A DNA stretch of 64,000 bases. It comes from a virus. A program made the position numbers and the translations under genes. The DNA lies in IMG/VR virus record IMGVR_UViG_3300023179_000062, positions 21,487 through 85,486 of that record; one strand, given 5' to 3'. The notes under the pieces were generated by a model. That model did no database searches, had not been told where the DNA came from, and saw nothing but the letters and a program-made list of their open reading frames with translations. Every line of letters starts with the position of its first letter. The first letter of the stretch is position 1. Of the stretch, positions 1 to 9,543 are shown piece by piece.

Positions 1-2
1 CA

Positions 3-380
3 AATGATATTATTCAAAGAAAAGGTGTGAGTTACCTTGCACAGTTACAGAAACTTGCAAATGATAAAGCATTGTTATATGTGTCCGCATTAAAAACAGT
101 TCGTCCAGTTAGTAATGTTCATGCTGCTCTTCCAACCAGCAATGATTTCCAAGAAGCTGATGTTATCAATTATTCACCGGGGCTAAGCAGCACATGGCAT
201 GCACCCATGACCTTGCCGATATCTGTATTAAAGAGCATAGTTGAACCAGAGAATATTATGCAAATACCTGTCCCCGGTAAAGAAACCCCTCAAGGACAAT
301 CCACAGGTGATAATTCGTACAATAACGGAACACAGCATCCTAATGTAGTAGGACAGAAGGAAAAAAGAAAAGGTAAGTAA
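3..380 (+). CDS. hypothetical protein, 5'-truncated by window edge
   Basis: Frame is open from position 3 (aat gat att att caa aga aaa ggt gtg...), so the GTG at 27 is probably not the true start. Confidence 0.6.
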   Translation, partial: NDIIQRKGVSYLAQLQKLANDKALLYVSALKTVRPVSNVHAALPTSNDFQEADVINYSPGLSSTWHAPMTLPISVLKSIVEPENIMQIPVPGKETPQGQSTGDNSYNNGTQHPNVVGQKEKRKGK

Positions 381-404
381 TCTAATTATAATGTAAATAA
401 TTAG

Positions 405-2162
405 ATGAATGATAATTTTCCAGTTTCAAAGGACGCTTACTTAGCTTTCGATGGACTTTCTATTAGAGATAAAATACGTGAACGTCTAACCCAAACCGGA
501 GTATTCTCCGATCAAAGTTTTGAAGGAAGCAATATATCTGCCATCAATGATGTAATATCAATGGTATTTTCGTTGTTACTATATAATTTAAATAAAACAA
601 GTTCCAATGGAACCTTTTCAGAGACTACATTATATAAATCCATAAACGGCATCGTGAAGGCATTAAATTATAGTCCAATTGGCGCACAGACTGCATCAAT
701 TAACTACACCATGAATGTTGATTCTCTAGACGCAGGGTTCTACACTATTCCTCGTTATTCATCAGTAGCATTGGGTGGAATAAAGTATTCATTTAATGAT
801 GACTTAGTTTTTAGTAAATTAATCAATGGTGTTAGGGAAGAAATTATTGATATAAACAATTCTAAAATTTTATATCAAGGTTCTTTTCAGGAATATCCTA
901 CTGTTATTTCGTCAGGAACTCCTAACGAGCTTATCTTCATAATTCCTGATAATACCGTCACAATTGATCATTTTAACATATTTGTTTATGTTAAGGAACC
1001 CAACGGAATTTGGACCAAGTGGCAACGCACGTCCTCATTATATCTTCATAATTCTTCCGATCAAGTTTTTGAAGTTCGATACAATGAGAACAGACGATAT
1101 GAATTAAAATTTGGCAACAACATCAATGGTAAACAATTACCAGAGAATAGCCAAGTGGGAATTTATTATTTAGCATCTGATGGGCCTAGCGGAGAAGTTG
1201 GTATAGGCGCGGTAACTAATAAAAAAATAACAGTATTCAGTACTTCAAGAATAGACAGTATCTTATCAGACGGGCGGGTGGGCAACATATTGAATAATGG
1301 AGACATAAACACGGTATTGCTTAATAATTCGTCTCCTAGCACATATTACAGTGATCCAGAAACTGTTGAACAAATTAGACAAAATGCCCCAACTAATTAC
1401 AGGTCGCAATATAGTTTAACAACTGCAAAATCATACGAAACTTTCATAAAAACAAACTTCGCAAATATATTACACGATGTTGCAGTTATGAATAATGATG
1501 AGTATTTAGATAGCTATATTAAATATTTTTATGATTTAGGTTTAACCAATCCTCAATTAGAATATAGATCATTATACAATCAAGTGAATTTTGCAGACGC
1601 TTGTAACTTCAACAATATATATTGTTTCTGTGTCCCTAAGACACGAAACAATGTAAAATCATATATGATTTCTGAACAGAAATCATTAATTATCAATACT
1701 ATTGATGAGCAAAAAGTCTTAACCGCCGAGGTAATTATAGCTGATCCGGTATATATGGCAGTTGATATTGCCGCATCTGCAACAGGACAACCACAAGTTA
1801 CAGATATCAACAACACACAGATATTAGTTTATAAAGACCTAGTTACTCGTAAGAGTGATTCTACTATCGCATCCGAAGTTAATGACCTTATTATATCGTT
1901 CTTTAATAGAGTTAATAATAATCTTGGACAACATATAAACGTGAATCAGTTGGTTACAGATATATTGGCAATTGAAGGTGTAGCACATATTGCAACACGC
2001 ATAAACGATGCTAATACTATTGTAGAGGGGCTACAATTATTAATGTGGAACCCTGCGTATCCATCATTTACTACATCATTCAGCACCAACATAACATTGG
2101 AAAAATTCCAATTTCCCTTCTTATATACTCCTTCTATGATATCTAGAATAACAGTTGTTTAA
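405..2162 (+). CDS. gp6: baseplate wedge subunit (T4 gp6-like)
   Basis: FSDQSFEGSNISAINDV, YELKFGNNINGKQL and ETVEQIRQNAP..Y.SQ...TAKSYE match gp6/baseplate J motifs; 585 aa; TAAATA at 394-399. Confidence 0.9.
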   Translation: MNDNFPVSKDAYLAFDGLSIRDKIRERLTQTGVFSDQSFEGSNISAINDVISMVFSLLLYNLNKTSSNGTFSETTLYKSINGIVKALNYSPIGAQTASINYTMNVDSLDAGFYTIPRYSSVALGGIKYSFNDDLVFSKLINGVREEIIDINNSKILYQGSFQEYPTVISSGTPNELIFIIPDNTVTIDHFNIFVYVKEPNGIWTKWQRTSSLYLHNSSDQVFEVRYNENRRYELKFGNNINGKQLPENSQVGIYYLASDGPSGEVGIGAVTNKKITVFSTSRIDSILSDGRVGNILNNGDINTVLLNNSSPSTYYSDPETVEQIRQNAPTNYRSQYSLTTAKSYETFIKTNFANILHDVAVMNNDEYLDSYIKYFYDLGLTNPQLEYRSLYNQVNFADACNFNNIYCFCVPKTRNNVKSYMISEQKSLIINTIDEQKVLTAEVIIADPVYMAVDIAASATGQPQVTDINNTQILVYKDLVTRKSDSTIASEVNDLIISFFNRVNNNLGQHINVNQLVTDILAIEGVAHIATRINDANTIVEGLQLLMWNPAYPSFTTSFSTNITLEKFQFPFLYTPSMISRITVV

Positions 2163-2192
2163 CATACGGTGTATACATAATAAATAATCGTT

Positions 2193-5100
2193 ATGCCTTC
2201 TATTGTTCTCAGAAAGATTGCTCAGCCGCAACAAATCTCTTCCAGAGATATATTTAACACACCCACTCCTTTAAATTATAAAGATTGGTTGGCGCAGCAC
2301 ATTGCAGTAATCCCTAATGATGCGCAGAAACAATACGAACAATATTTGTTAACCTTTTATACAAAAAAGGAAGATCAGACAGTTGCTAAGGCGGCTAGTA
2401 TCAAAAAAGACTATCTTTCACTGATTGAAAAATTAACCACTATTTTCAAATATGATAAGGATTTCCAAAGGTATGCCAAGATAGATTTATCATCTAACAC
2501 AGAATTAAAGATTGCTATACCGTTCTATGCCAAGAAACTTAAAGAGATTGCAGTGTATTATATTAATCATAGAGATAATATCAAACAGAGTAAATTACAC
2601 TATGCATCCGTTGGTTCGGAAGTAGGGGTTGAACGTTTTCTATATAAAAACCTGTTAAATTTATTCACTAAAAAACCTTTCTCTGCCGGAGGATTGTATT
2701 CTACTGATAATGTGGATTTATCTGCGGTGTCACCATTCTTTAAAATTCAAATAGAAGAATTATATGATACAACTAATTATTCCAAAGAGAATGTATTAGA
2801 CATAAACCCTCTATTATGTGTGTTAGATGGTTACGTCTCCAACATTTGTACCCAATTCAATGATATCACTACAGATAACAATAATGCTCCATTAGAATCT
2901 ATTTTTTTATGTGATACTGACAATCCTGATAGCAATGATCTTATTCGTCAGAGTTGGGAAAAATATTTAGGAACTGATTTATATTACATGTCGGGTGGCG
3001 GTTCAGTGTTTAATAGCGCAGAAGTGTCACTAGCTTTACAAAACGGTAACAACTTCTTCTACTGGTTCAGTGGGGAAAATGCTGATGAAATTCCCGAAGG
3101 GCGGTATAATGATATCGCATTATCTGCGTTAGATTGGTCAGGGGCCACAGGAGCAAGTCATTTCTCTGCCGCTGATATAGTGTTTGTAAACTACGGCAAT
3201 CTAAAGACAGAGGCTGCATGGTTGATGTCTGCGGCTAAGTACACCTACGACACTGAAATGGTGGCAACTATTTCAAATAAAAGAGAATTTAAGTTTCCTT
3301 ACCCCGGTATCGGACTAAGTGCCGAAGGCGGCGTGTGGACAGGTAGATTAATAATTGATAATTACGAAGAGGATAAACGATTCTTCCCTAATGAAATTAG
3401 CTATCAGAATAACCAAAAAGAAATAGAAAAATTATACTGGAGTTCTACAGTAACGAATTCCGCTGTCCAACCAACTAATATTCAAACATTATCTTTGGAA
3501 CAATGTGGTGCATATGCGTCTAATAAATTCAAAACGGCTGACAAACTATATATTCGACGCCCGATTGGAGAGCTTACAAATAATGACCAAAATCCTAATG
3601 GAGTTTTTACAGGTGATATTAATATCGCATGGTTATACAAATTCAATCAGACACAAATACCTGTTAACGTAGGTGATACTAATATATATTATCCGCTAAC
3701 TTCGTTCGATAACTTGGATGATTTGTATTATGAGTATGAAAGCGGTGATGATATTCCTCTTTCGGCTATTCCTGTAAATGAGTCGTTCTCAGGGGCGATT
3801 GCAGGAGATGATGTTTTAACAGGTGATATGCTTATTAAATTGAAGGCTCCATGTGGACCTGAAATAGAAGCGGCATGGCTAAAAGGTGTTCCGTTGAGAT
3901 TCTCACAAAATATCTATTTAAACAATTATACCTGTGGTGAAAATCAATTAACTCAATACTATACCCAATGGAACTATATCAGCGGAACAACCCAACCGGG
4001 AATAGCATTCAGAACAGATCAAGGCGAATATGTTCGATTTGTTTGGTCAGGTGGTGATATTGACATCAACAATGTTAAAGGATTCACAGGATTTATACAT
4101 GATCCGTCATGTGAATATACACAGTTAAATCATGACAGTTCTATTCTCGATGTCAACTTTTTATCGGTAGATGATACTGAACGATATGAACGTTGGAAAA
4201 AATGTAGCTGTAAATCAGTTAACTATTCTCCGTTAGGACATCAAGGAGAACATCTACGTATTAGAAAAGTAACGCCCGATTTCATTGTTCCTGATACTCA
4301 GCCAGATAAAGCATTTAATTTAGTGGATTGGAGAGGTAATGACGGTAAGGCATATACCGAATCTACTGATCTTATCAGATTCCGCCCCGATCATCTAATG
4401 GAAAAAGATATTGGATGGAATAAAGGTCGATGGGTTCGACCTTCTAATATACCATTTATATTAGAAACAGGTAAAAGTTATATCTATTACAGAACAAATC
4501 TGGATAGCTGTAACTACTCATTGCCGCCATTTATAATAAATCAAGGCTATTCCACTTCTACCATAAAAACCGACACATGTGATATCATTAATAGTGTTCC
4601 TTCTTGGTATAAAGCTGTCAAGAATAGTAAAGGGGAATGGATAGATACTGGTATTTTGAGTGATATGGTGCTAGATTCTGGATCATTCTTCACATACGTT
4701 CATAGAAATTCCTATGTGATCGCTAAGCAAAAACTACTTTATAACGGTGCAGATGTTACCCCTATAAGTGGGGATTATATCACCGTATTCAAGGATGACA
4801 CCAATATCACATATGAGAAAATCATATTCTCTTCTCCTGCTGTAAATTTCTTAATTAAGATACCTCTTTTAAATAATAGTGCATATTGGGCAAAGGCAGA
4901 ATATGGTGATAAAGAAAAACCTGTTCAGAAAACCACTGATGATAATCGTAATGTTAGCGAATATCTACAATTGTCACAGCCGCTACCAAGCAACATAGTA
5001 TTAACCGAACAAAACGTTATACGTTACGAATTAAGCGAATGTAATCAATGTTTCATATGGAAACAACCAATAACTTTACAAGTATCTAATTCTGAGATGC

Positions 5101-6029
5101 GTTGGAATAAAATCAGTATAGATGATTGTGTGTACTCTGATGTGTTGAACTATCTACATGAACGTGCGGATAAATTCTGTAACTCATACACCCCGCAATG
5201 CTATTCAGAGTGTCAAGAATTTAGTATTTGTGGTTGCGGTGATTTCTGTGAAACTTCTAAAACGGGAGTAACTGCCACGGGCATTCCTGCTGATATTATA
5301 CTCAACACTGAACTATCTGGTATACCAGTGTTTATCAACTATTTCGCAAGAAATCAATTCAATTTAAAATTTGATGTTACGGATTTAACTGCGGGGTCAA
5401 TTCATCATCAACCACTTTCTGGATTATTAACAAAAGCTGCAAAACCATGGAATAATTTATTGAATGATAAAACGGCCAATTTCCTTTATAAACAAATAGA
5501 TGATAACTTATTAACTAATCGACAGTTGGGACTCATGGTGCCACAAAGATTAGGATTAGGAAAATATGAATTAGCCAATGCACTACATCCTGAACAGGTG
5601 GCAGTGAACGGTATAAGTGCTATACGTTTAAACAGATTCGATCATCCATTAGAACCCGAACAGATTGATTCTAGAAAATACAAAAATAATATAGGTGTTC
5701 CATTAGTAAATGGAAAACAAACGTATCATCCTTATACCATAGGAGCAAACGATTTAACCGATATATCGAACGATCTATTAGATTGGCAAACTGATATTTT
5801 CGGTAATCAGTATTATTTGGTTTCAAAAAAATCTAACTCATTGACATCTATAGGCAGTCTATCTGTGAAATCACCAGACGGAATATTATATGATGGGACA
5901 AAATATCTTTCTGCAATTTTCGACAAATATAAAGCTATAACCTTCGATGGCGCTATAGAGGGAATCATTTCAACTGAGGATGGTTATGGTATAACTACTG
6001 AGGATGGTTTCATAATATTGATAGGATAA
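2193..6029 (+). CDS. large virion structural protein (baseplate wedge/gp7-position candidate)
   Basis: 1278 aa, follows gp6, late box 2181-2186, Cys clusters, C-terminal (I)STEDG/TTEDG motif common in virion proteins. Confidence 0.55.
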   Translation: MPSIVLRKIAQPQQISSRDIFNTPTPLNYKDWLAQHIAVIPNDAQKQYEQYLLTFYTKKEDQTVAKAASIKKDYLSLIEKLTTIFKYDKDFQRYAKIDLSSNTELKIAIPFYAKKLKEIAVYYINHRDNIKQSKLHYASVGSEVGVERFLYKNLLNLFTKKPFSAGGLYSTDNVDLSAVSPFFKIQIEELYDTTNYSKENVLDINPLLCVLDGYVSNICTQFNDITTDNNNAPLESIFLCDTDNPDSNDLIRQSWEKYLGTDLYYMSGGGSVFNSAEVSLALQNGNNFFYWFSGENADEIPEGRYNDIALSALDWSGATGASHFSAADIVFVNYGNLKTEAAWLMSAAKYTYDTEMVATISNKREFKFPYPGIGLSAEGGVWTGRLIIDNYEEDKRFFPNEISYQNNQKEIEKLYWSSTVTNSAVQPTNIQTLSLEQCGAYASNKFKTADKLYIRRPIGELTNNDQNPNGVFTGDINIAWLYKFNQTQIPVNVGDTNIYYPLTSFDNLDDLYYEYESGDDIPLSAIPVNESFSGAIAGDDVLTGDMLIKLKAPCGPEIEAAWLKGVPLRFSQNIYLNNYTCGENQLTQYYTQWNYISGTTQPGIAFRTDQGEYVRFVWSGGDIDINNVKGFTGFIHDPSCEYTQLNHDSSILDVNFLSVDDTERYERWKKCSCKSVNYSPLGHQGEHLRIRKVTPDFIVPDTQPDKAFNLVDWRGNDGKAYTESTDLIRFRPDHLMEKDIGWNKGRWVRPSNIPFILETGKSYIYYRTNLDSCNYSLPPFIINQGYSTSTIKTDTCDIINSVPSWYKAVKNSKGEWIDTGILSDMVLDSGSFFTYVHRNSYVIAKQKLLYNGADVTPISGDYITVFKDDTNITYEKIIFSSPAVNFLIKIPLLNNSAYWAKAEYGDKEKPVQKTTDDNRNVSEYLQLSQPLPSNIVLTEQNVIRYELSECNQCFIWKQPITLQVSNSEMRWNKISIDDCVYSDVLNYLHERADKFCNSYTPQCYSECQEFSICGCGDFCETSKTGVTATGIPADIILNTELSGIPVFINYFARNQFNLKFDVTDLTAGSIHHQPLSGLLTKAAKPWNNLLNDKTANFLYKQIDDNLLTNRQLGLMVPQRLGLGKYELANALHPEQVAVNGISAIRLNRFDHPLEPEQIDSRKYKNNIGVPLVNGKQTYHPYTIGANDLTDISNDLLDWQTDIFGNQYYLVSKKSNSLTSIGSLSVKSPDGILYDGTKYLSAIFDKYKAITFDGAIEGIISTEDGYGITTEDGFIILIG

Positions 6030-6039
6030 GTAAGCTAAT

Positions 6040-6732
6040 ATGTACAATTTATATTCCGCATTATCTAGTACCAGTCTTAATTATGGGATAACCCTTTTAA
6101 AGGTATTTTATGATACCTTGATGGTGGGTGTTAAGTGTAAAGATAGTGGCATTAATAATTCATATTATGGGCATGTGTTATTTGACAAGATCAATTATGA
6201 CTATTCGGAATACCCGTTACAATCTAACAAATCTATCGTGTTAAATCTTGGATTAATAAATTCTGACATTGTACAGTTTACCGGAAATCAAATTGTTGAC
6301 ACTTATTTTGATCAGAACAATAAAACAGTAACATTATTCACCATATCCTCATTAGAAACTTCATTTGTACCAAAGATTTACAAATATAATATTAATAATC
6401 ATGATATTGCCATGCAATATCCTGTAGAGAATGAACTTCCTACATGGTTAGATTCGTCATTAGGTACACTGACTACTGCGCACCCTCCTTGTTTGTCGAT
6501 AACAGATGATGTAGCCGATATACTTATTACCACTATCACGGACGAATTTAAAGTGTTGAATCTGTTGACATTTAATCTCGTAACTACCCCCAAATTAATA
6601 AATTATTCCAAATATAGCGTTGCATTGGACGATTCTAGTGTTATTAAGAAAATTCAAAGAGTTGATAATGAAATACAATTTTATTCCTCATATGATCAAA
6701 ACATCACGCCGTTTAAAATAGTGGATAAATAA
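6040..6732 (+). CDS. hypothetical virion-associated protein
   Basis: 230 aa beta-rich ORF in the structural cluster; TAAGTA variant box at 6027-6032. Confidence 0.55.
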   Translation: MYNLYSALSSTSLNYGITLLKVFYDTLMVGVKCKDSGINNSYYGHVLFDKINYDYSEYPLQSNKSIVLNLGLINSDIVQFTGNQIVDTYFDQNNKTVTLFTISSLETSFVPKIYKYNINNHDIAMQYPVENELPTWLDSSLGTLTTAHPPCLSITDDVADILITTITDEFKVLNLLTFNLVTTPKLINYSKYSVALDDSSVIKKIQRVDNEIQFYSSYDQNITPFKIVDK

Positions 6733-6736
6733 ATAT

Positions 6737-9502
6737 GTGATCTTATCCGCGATAAACATAGAACCCCTTTCTGCTAGTATCTCTCCGTTAGTTATATCTT
6801 ATATACATAACGGCAGAAATATCACGTTACCTGTGTCAGCGGATAATTTTTTAGGGGGGACACTATCATCTTATAACTGTTTACGTAAGGTAAAGGATAT
6901 CGAGATAACCAATAACAGTATATCGTTTCTAACCGACACTATAGCATTGTCGTCACTGTTTTATGACAATTATAACAGACAACCCCAAAAATTAAATACC
7001 TATTTCTTTAGAGAATTAAATGATTTGGACGATTTTAATGTGAATCTTCGATCATCATATAATGTGCGAGGTAATTATTTAGTCACTTGCCCGCTGTCTT
7101 CTGAGTTGGTATTTAATATAGTACCTATGAAAAACTCAATGAATATCAATGAGGAGAAAGGATGGTTTTCTAATTTCCGTGATTATAAATCTTTAAGTTT
7201 TAGTAAAACATGTGGGGCAGATAGTAATGATTTGTTTGCAGAATATAAAACCAGTTACGTTCCTAAGAATATTGAACCTGATAATGAGGCAGTCTTTAAT
7301 ATAGTTGGTAAGGGAATAAACATAGCGATTAGTGCATTGGGATTGGTAGAATCTGGTGCCATAGGAGGCTCTCAGCCGCTTGATTCAGATATTATATATC
7401 TAGACCGCCTTAACTCTGTGAAGTCGCCAAATATAGCTAATTTTAACGGCACGCCCCTGTGCCTATGGTTATCGGGAAGTTCTGTATTACAGGGCTTTCC
7501 TAAACAGTGGATGGAGCGATGGTACGATGCTAATAATATAACCCAAGGAAATGCTCTTGTCAGCAGAGTCAACTATTCACCCTTTAGTCCGGTAGTAGAT
7601 ATTCCATCCTCTATGTCTATAAAAGACGGGGATACCATCACTATTAATAGATTGGGACCAAAAAGAAATTTAGAGTTTATTGATTATTTCGCATCAACTC
7701 AGAAATGTTGTATATCGGCATGGGGGCAAACTTTTAAAGATGAACTCAATGGAATACATGGGTTTGTGGAAGGATTATATCCTCATCATACATCTGAGCT
7801 TATATTAGATGGTCGTATCCATGCCCACATACCACCTGTAGATAATTTATTAAAGGAATATGATTTTACTACCTCGTTTTGGGCATATAAGGATGATTGG
7901 ATGTATGGGCCTGATAGCCAAATTTTTGGGAATTTTTCCAATTTCGAAGGCTACAGTGTCAACTATAACACCGGAGGTACTACCAGTTTACTAACATTCC
8001 CAACCAATGTTGGTATAGTTTATGGATTTAATCCGAAAGGTTATAAGATATTTGAAAAGAATCTTGTTAAGAGTGCGGGATTAGTTGCACCATATATATC
8101 CCTTATTACCACAGATTTCTTCGGCGCACGATGGATATTTGACAGTGCTAACCGCAAGCTCATCAAACTAGAATCTGACGACTTGCTTAAAGAGGTTATC
8201 ACCTTACCATCTAATGCAGTTATTAAATCCATAAAGATAAACAAATTGAATCAATTGGTTATGTTGGATAGTAAAAACCACACTATCACAACATTTGATC
8301 AGACGGGTTCGCTTGTTTCTACAAATTTCATATCTCCAAATTTCAATAATTTTGAAATTGATGGTAACAACACGCTTAAAACGTCTATTGCAGATAGTAT
8401 GCACTGTGATAACAATAATAACATTTACAAGACTATCGGCAGTAATATCTATAAAAACGATAAGACATATTTCCATGTTGGAAAAGAAATCAATGCTATT
8501 AAATTTGATTTATCAAATAATATGTGGATATTGTTTGATAGAAGCAGAATAATGAAGCTTTCGCCTGATAAGAAACTATTATTTAATATAGAGTTACCTC
8601 TAACATATAAGGAGACATCCTTTGAGATGAACTTTGTGAAAGATGTCATCGGTTCAACTGAACAGGATATTTTATGGATAGTGTTCAATAATAATAGAAG
8701 TATACTTCAAATGAATTCAAATGGGGAAATCATAAAAAGATTAAATCTAAATGATGTAGTAAATCTGAATAAATGTAATCCGTTTTTCTTAACTACTAGA
8801 GGAGATTTTACCGATTTTGATATCAGACGTAAATTTGAAAAAGCGGACAACGGTAATATATCAACCGCAAATCCGGCCTTTTCTGTCAAGATGAATCTTA
8901 AATGTGGGGATAATAAAGAGTTATTACAGATGTTCTATCCCGTTAAAAATCTACGTGGTTGGGTACATTTCTCCTTAGTTCATAAAATAGAAGACAATGC
9001 CACCAGTATTAGTTTATATATTAATGGAATTAAACGGTTATCAAAAACATTTAATGGTAGCAGAGGCACATCAAATATAAAAATGGTTAATTTTGGAACA
9101 AAGGTTTCTCCTTTTATTATAGGAGGTACTAGTGGAAAACTAGGAGCGAATAAATTAGAACGATCTATTGAGAATGAATATCTTTTAGGGCGATTCGATG
9201 ATTTACGCATTCATCATAGTTGTTTAAACAACTATGAGATATTATCATTAGCTAACAACAAACATTACAGCAATTGGAATGATTTAATTTTCCATATGCC
9301 TACAGATAAAAACACTTGTATGGAGAATATTAAATTTTTCCATATGAATAGACCTCCCGGCCACAAATCAAATAAATTCAATTTAATTATTGAAGGATTT
9401 GATGATGTAGACACGCAGGCAAATATCGAACATTACATTCTCGCCAATATAGATAGTCTAAAACCTGTCAATACTATTCTTAATAAAATTATTTTTAAAT
9501 AA
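6737..9502 (+). CDS. virion protein with LamG/concanavalin-like domain and beta-propeller-like repeats
   Basis: FTTSFWAY...GWVHFSLV...SLYING...FIIGG...GRFDDLRIH..L...EI..L is a LamG_3 pattern, interrupted by NHL-like repeats (D..NNMWI, D..NNIY). Confidence 0.65.
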   Translation: MILSAINIEPLSASISPLVISYIHNGRNITLPVSADNFLGGTLSSYNCLRKVKDIEITNNSISFLTDTIALSSLFYDNYNRQPQKLNTYFFRELNDLDDFNVNLRSSYNVRGNYLVTCPLSSELVFNIVPMKNSMNINEEKGWFSNFRDYKSLSFSKTCGADSNDLFAEYKTSYVPKNIEPDNEAVFNIVGKGINIAISALGLVESGAIGGSQPLDSDIIYLDRLNSVKSPNIANFNGTPLCLWLSGSSVLQGFPKQWMERWYDANNITQGNALVSRVNYSPFSPVVDIPSSMSIKDGDTITINRLGPKRNLEFIDYFASTQKCCISAWGQTFKDELNGIHGFVEGLYPHHTSELILDGRIHAHIPPVDNLLKEYDFTTSFWAYKDDWMYGPDSQIFGNFSNFEGYSVNYNTGGTTSLLTFPTNVGIVYGFNPKGYKIFEKNLVKSAGLVAPYISLITTDFFGARWIFDSANRKLIKLESDDLLKEVITLPSNAVIKSIKINKLNQLVMLDSKNHTITTFDQTGSLVSTNFISPNFNNFEIDGNNTLKTSIADSMHCDNNNNIYKTIGSNIYKNDKTYFHVGKEINAIKFDLSNNMWILFDRSRIMKLSPDKKLLFNIELPLTYKETSFEMNFVKDVIGSTEQDILWIVFNNNRSILQMNSNGEIIKRLNLNDVVNLNKCNPFFLTTRGDFTDFDIRRKFEKADNGNISTANPAFSVKMNLKCGDNKELLQMFYPVKNLRGWVHFSLVHKIEDNATSISLYINGIKRLSKTFNGSRGTSNIKMVNFGTKVSPFIIGGTSGKLGANKLERSIENEYLLGRFDDLRIHHSCLNNYEILSLANNKHYSNWNDLIFHMPTDKNTCMENIKFFHMNRPPGHKSNKFNLIIEGFDDVDTQANIEHYILANIDSLKPVNTILNKIIFK

Positions 9503-9543
9503 TTATAAATTGATTGAATATATTATTTTCATAAATATCTATC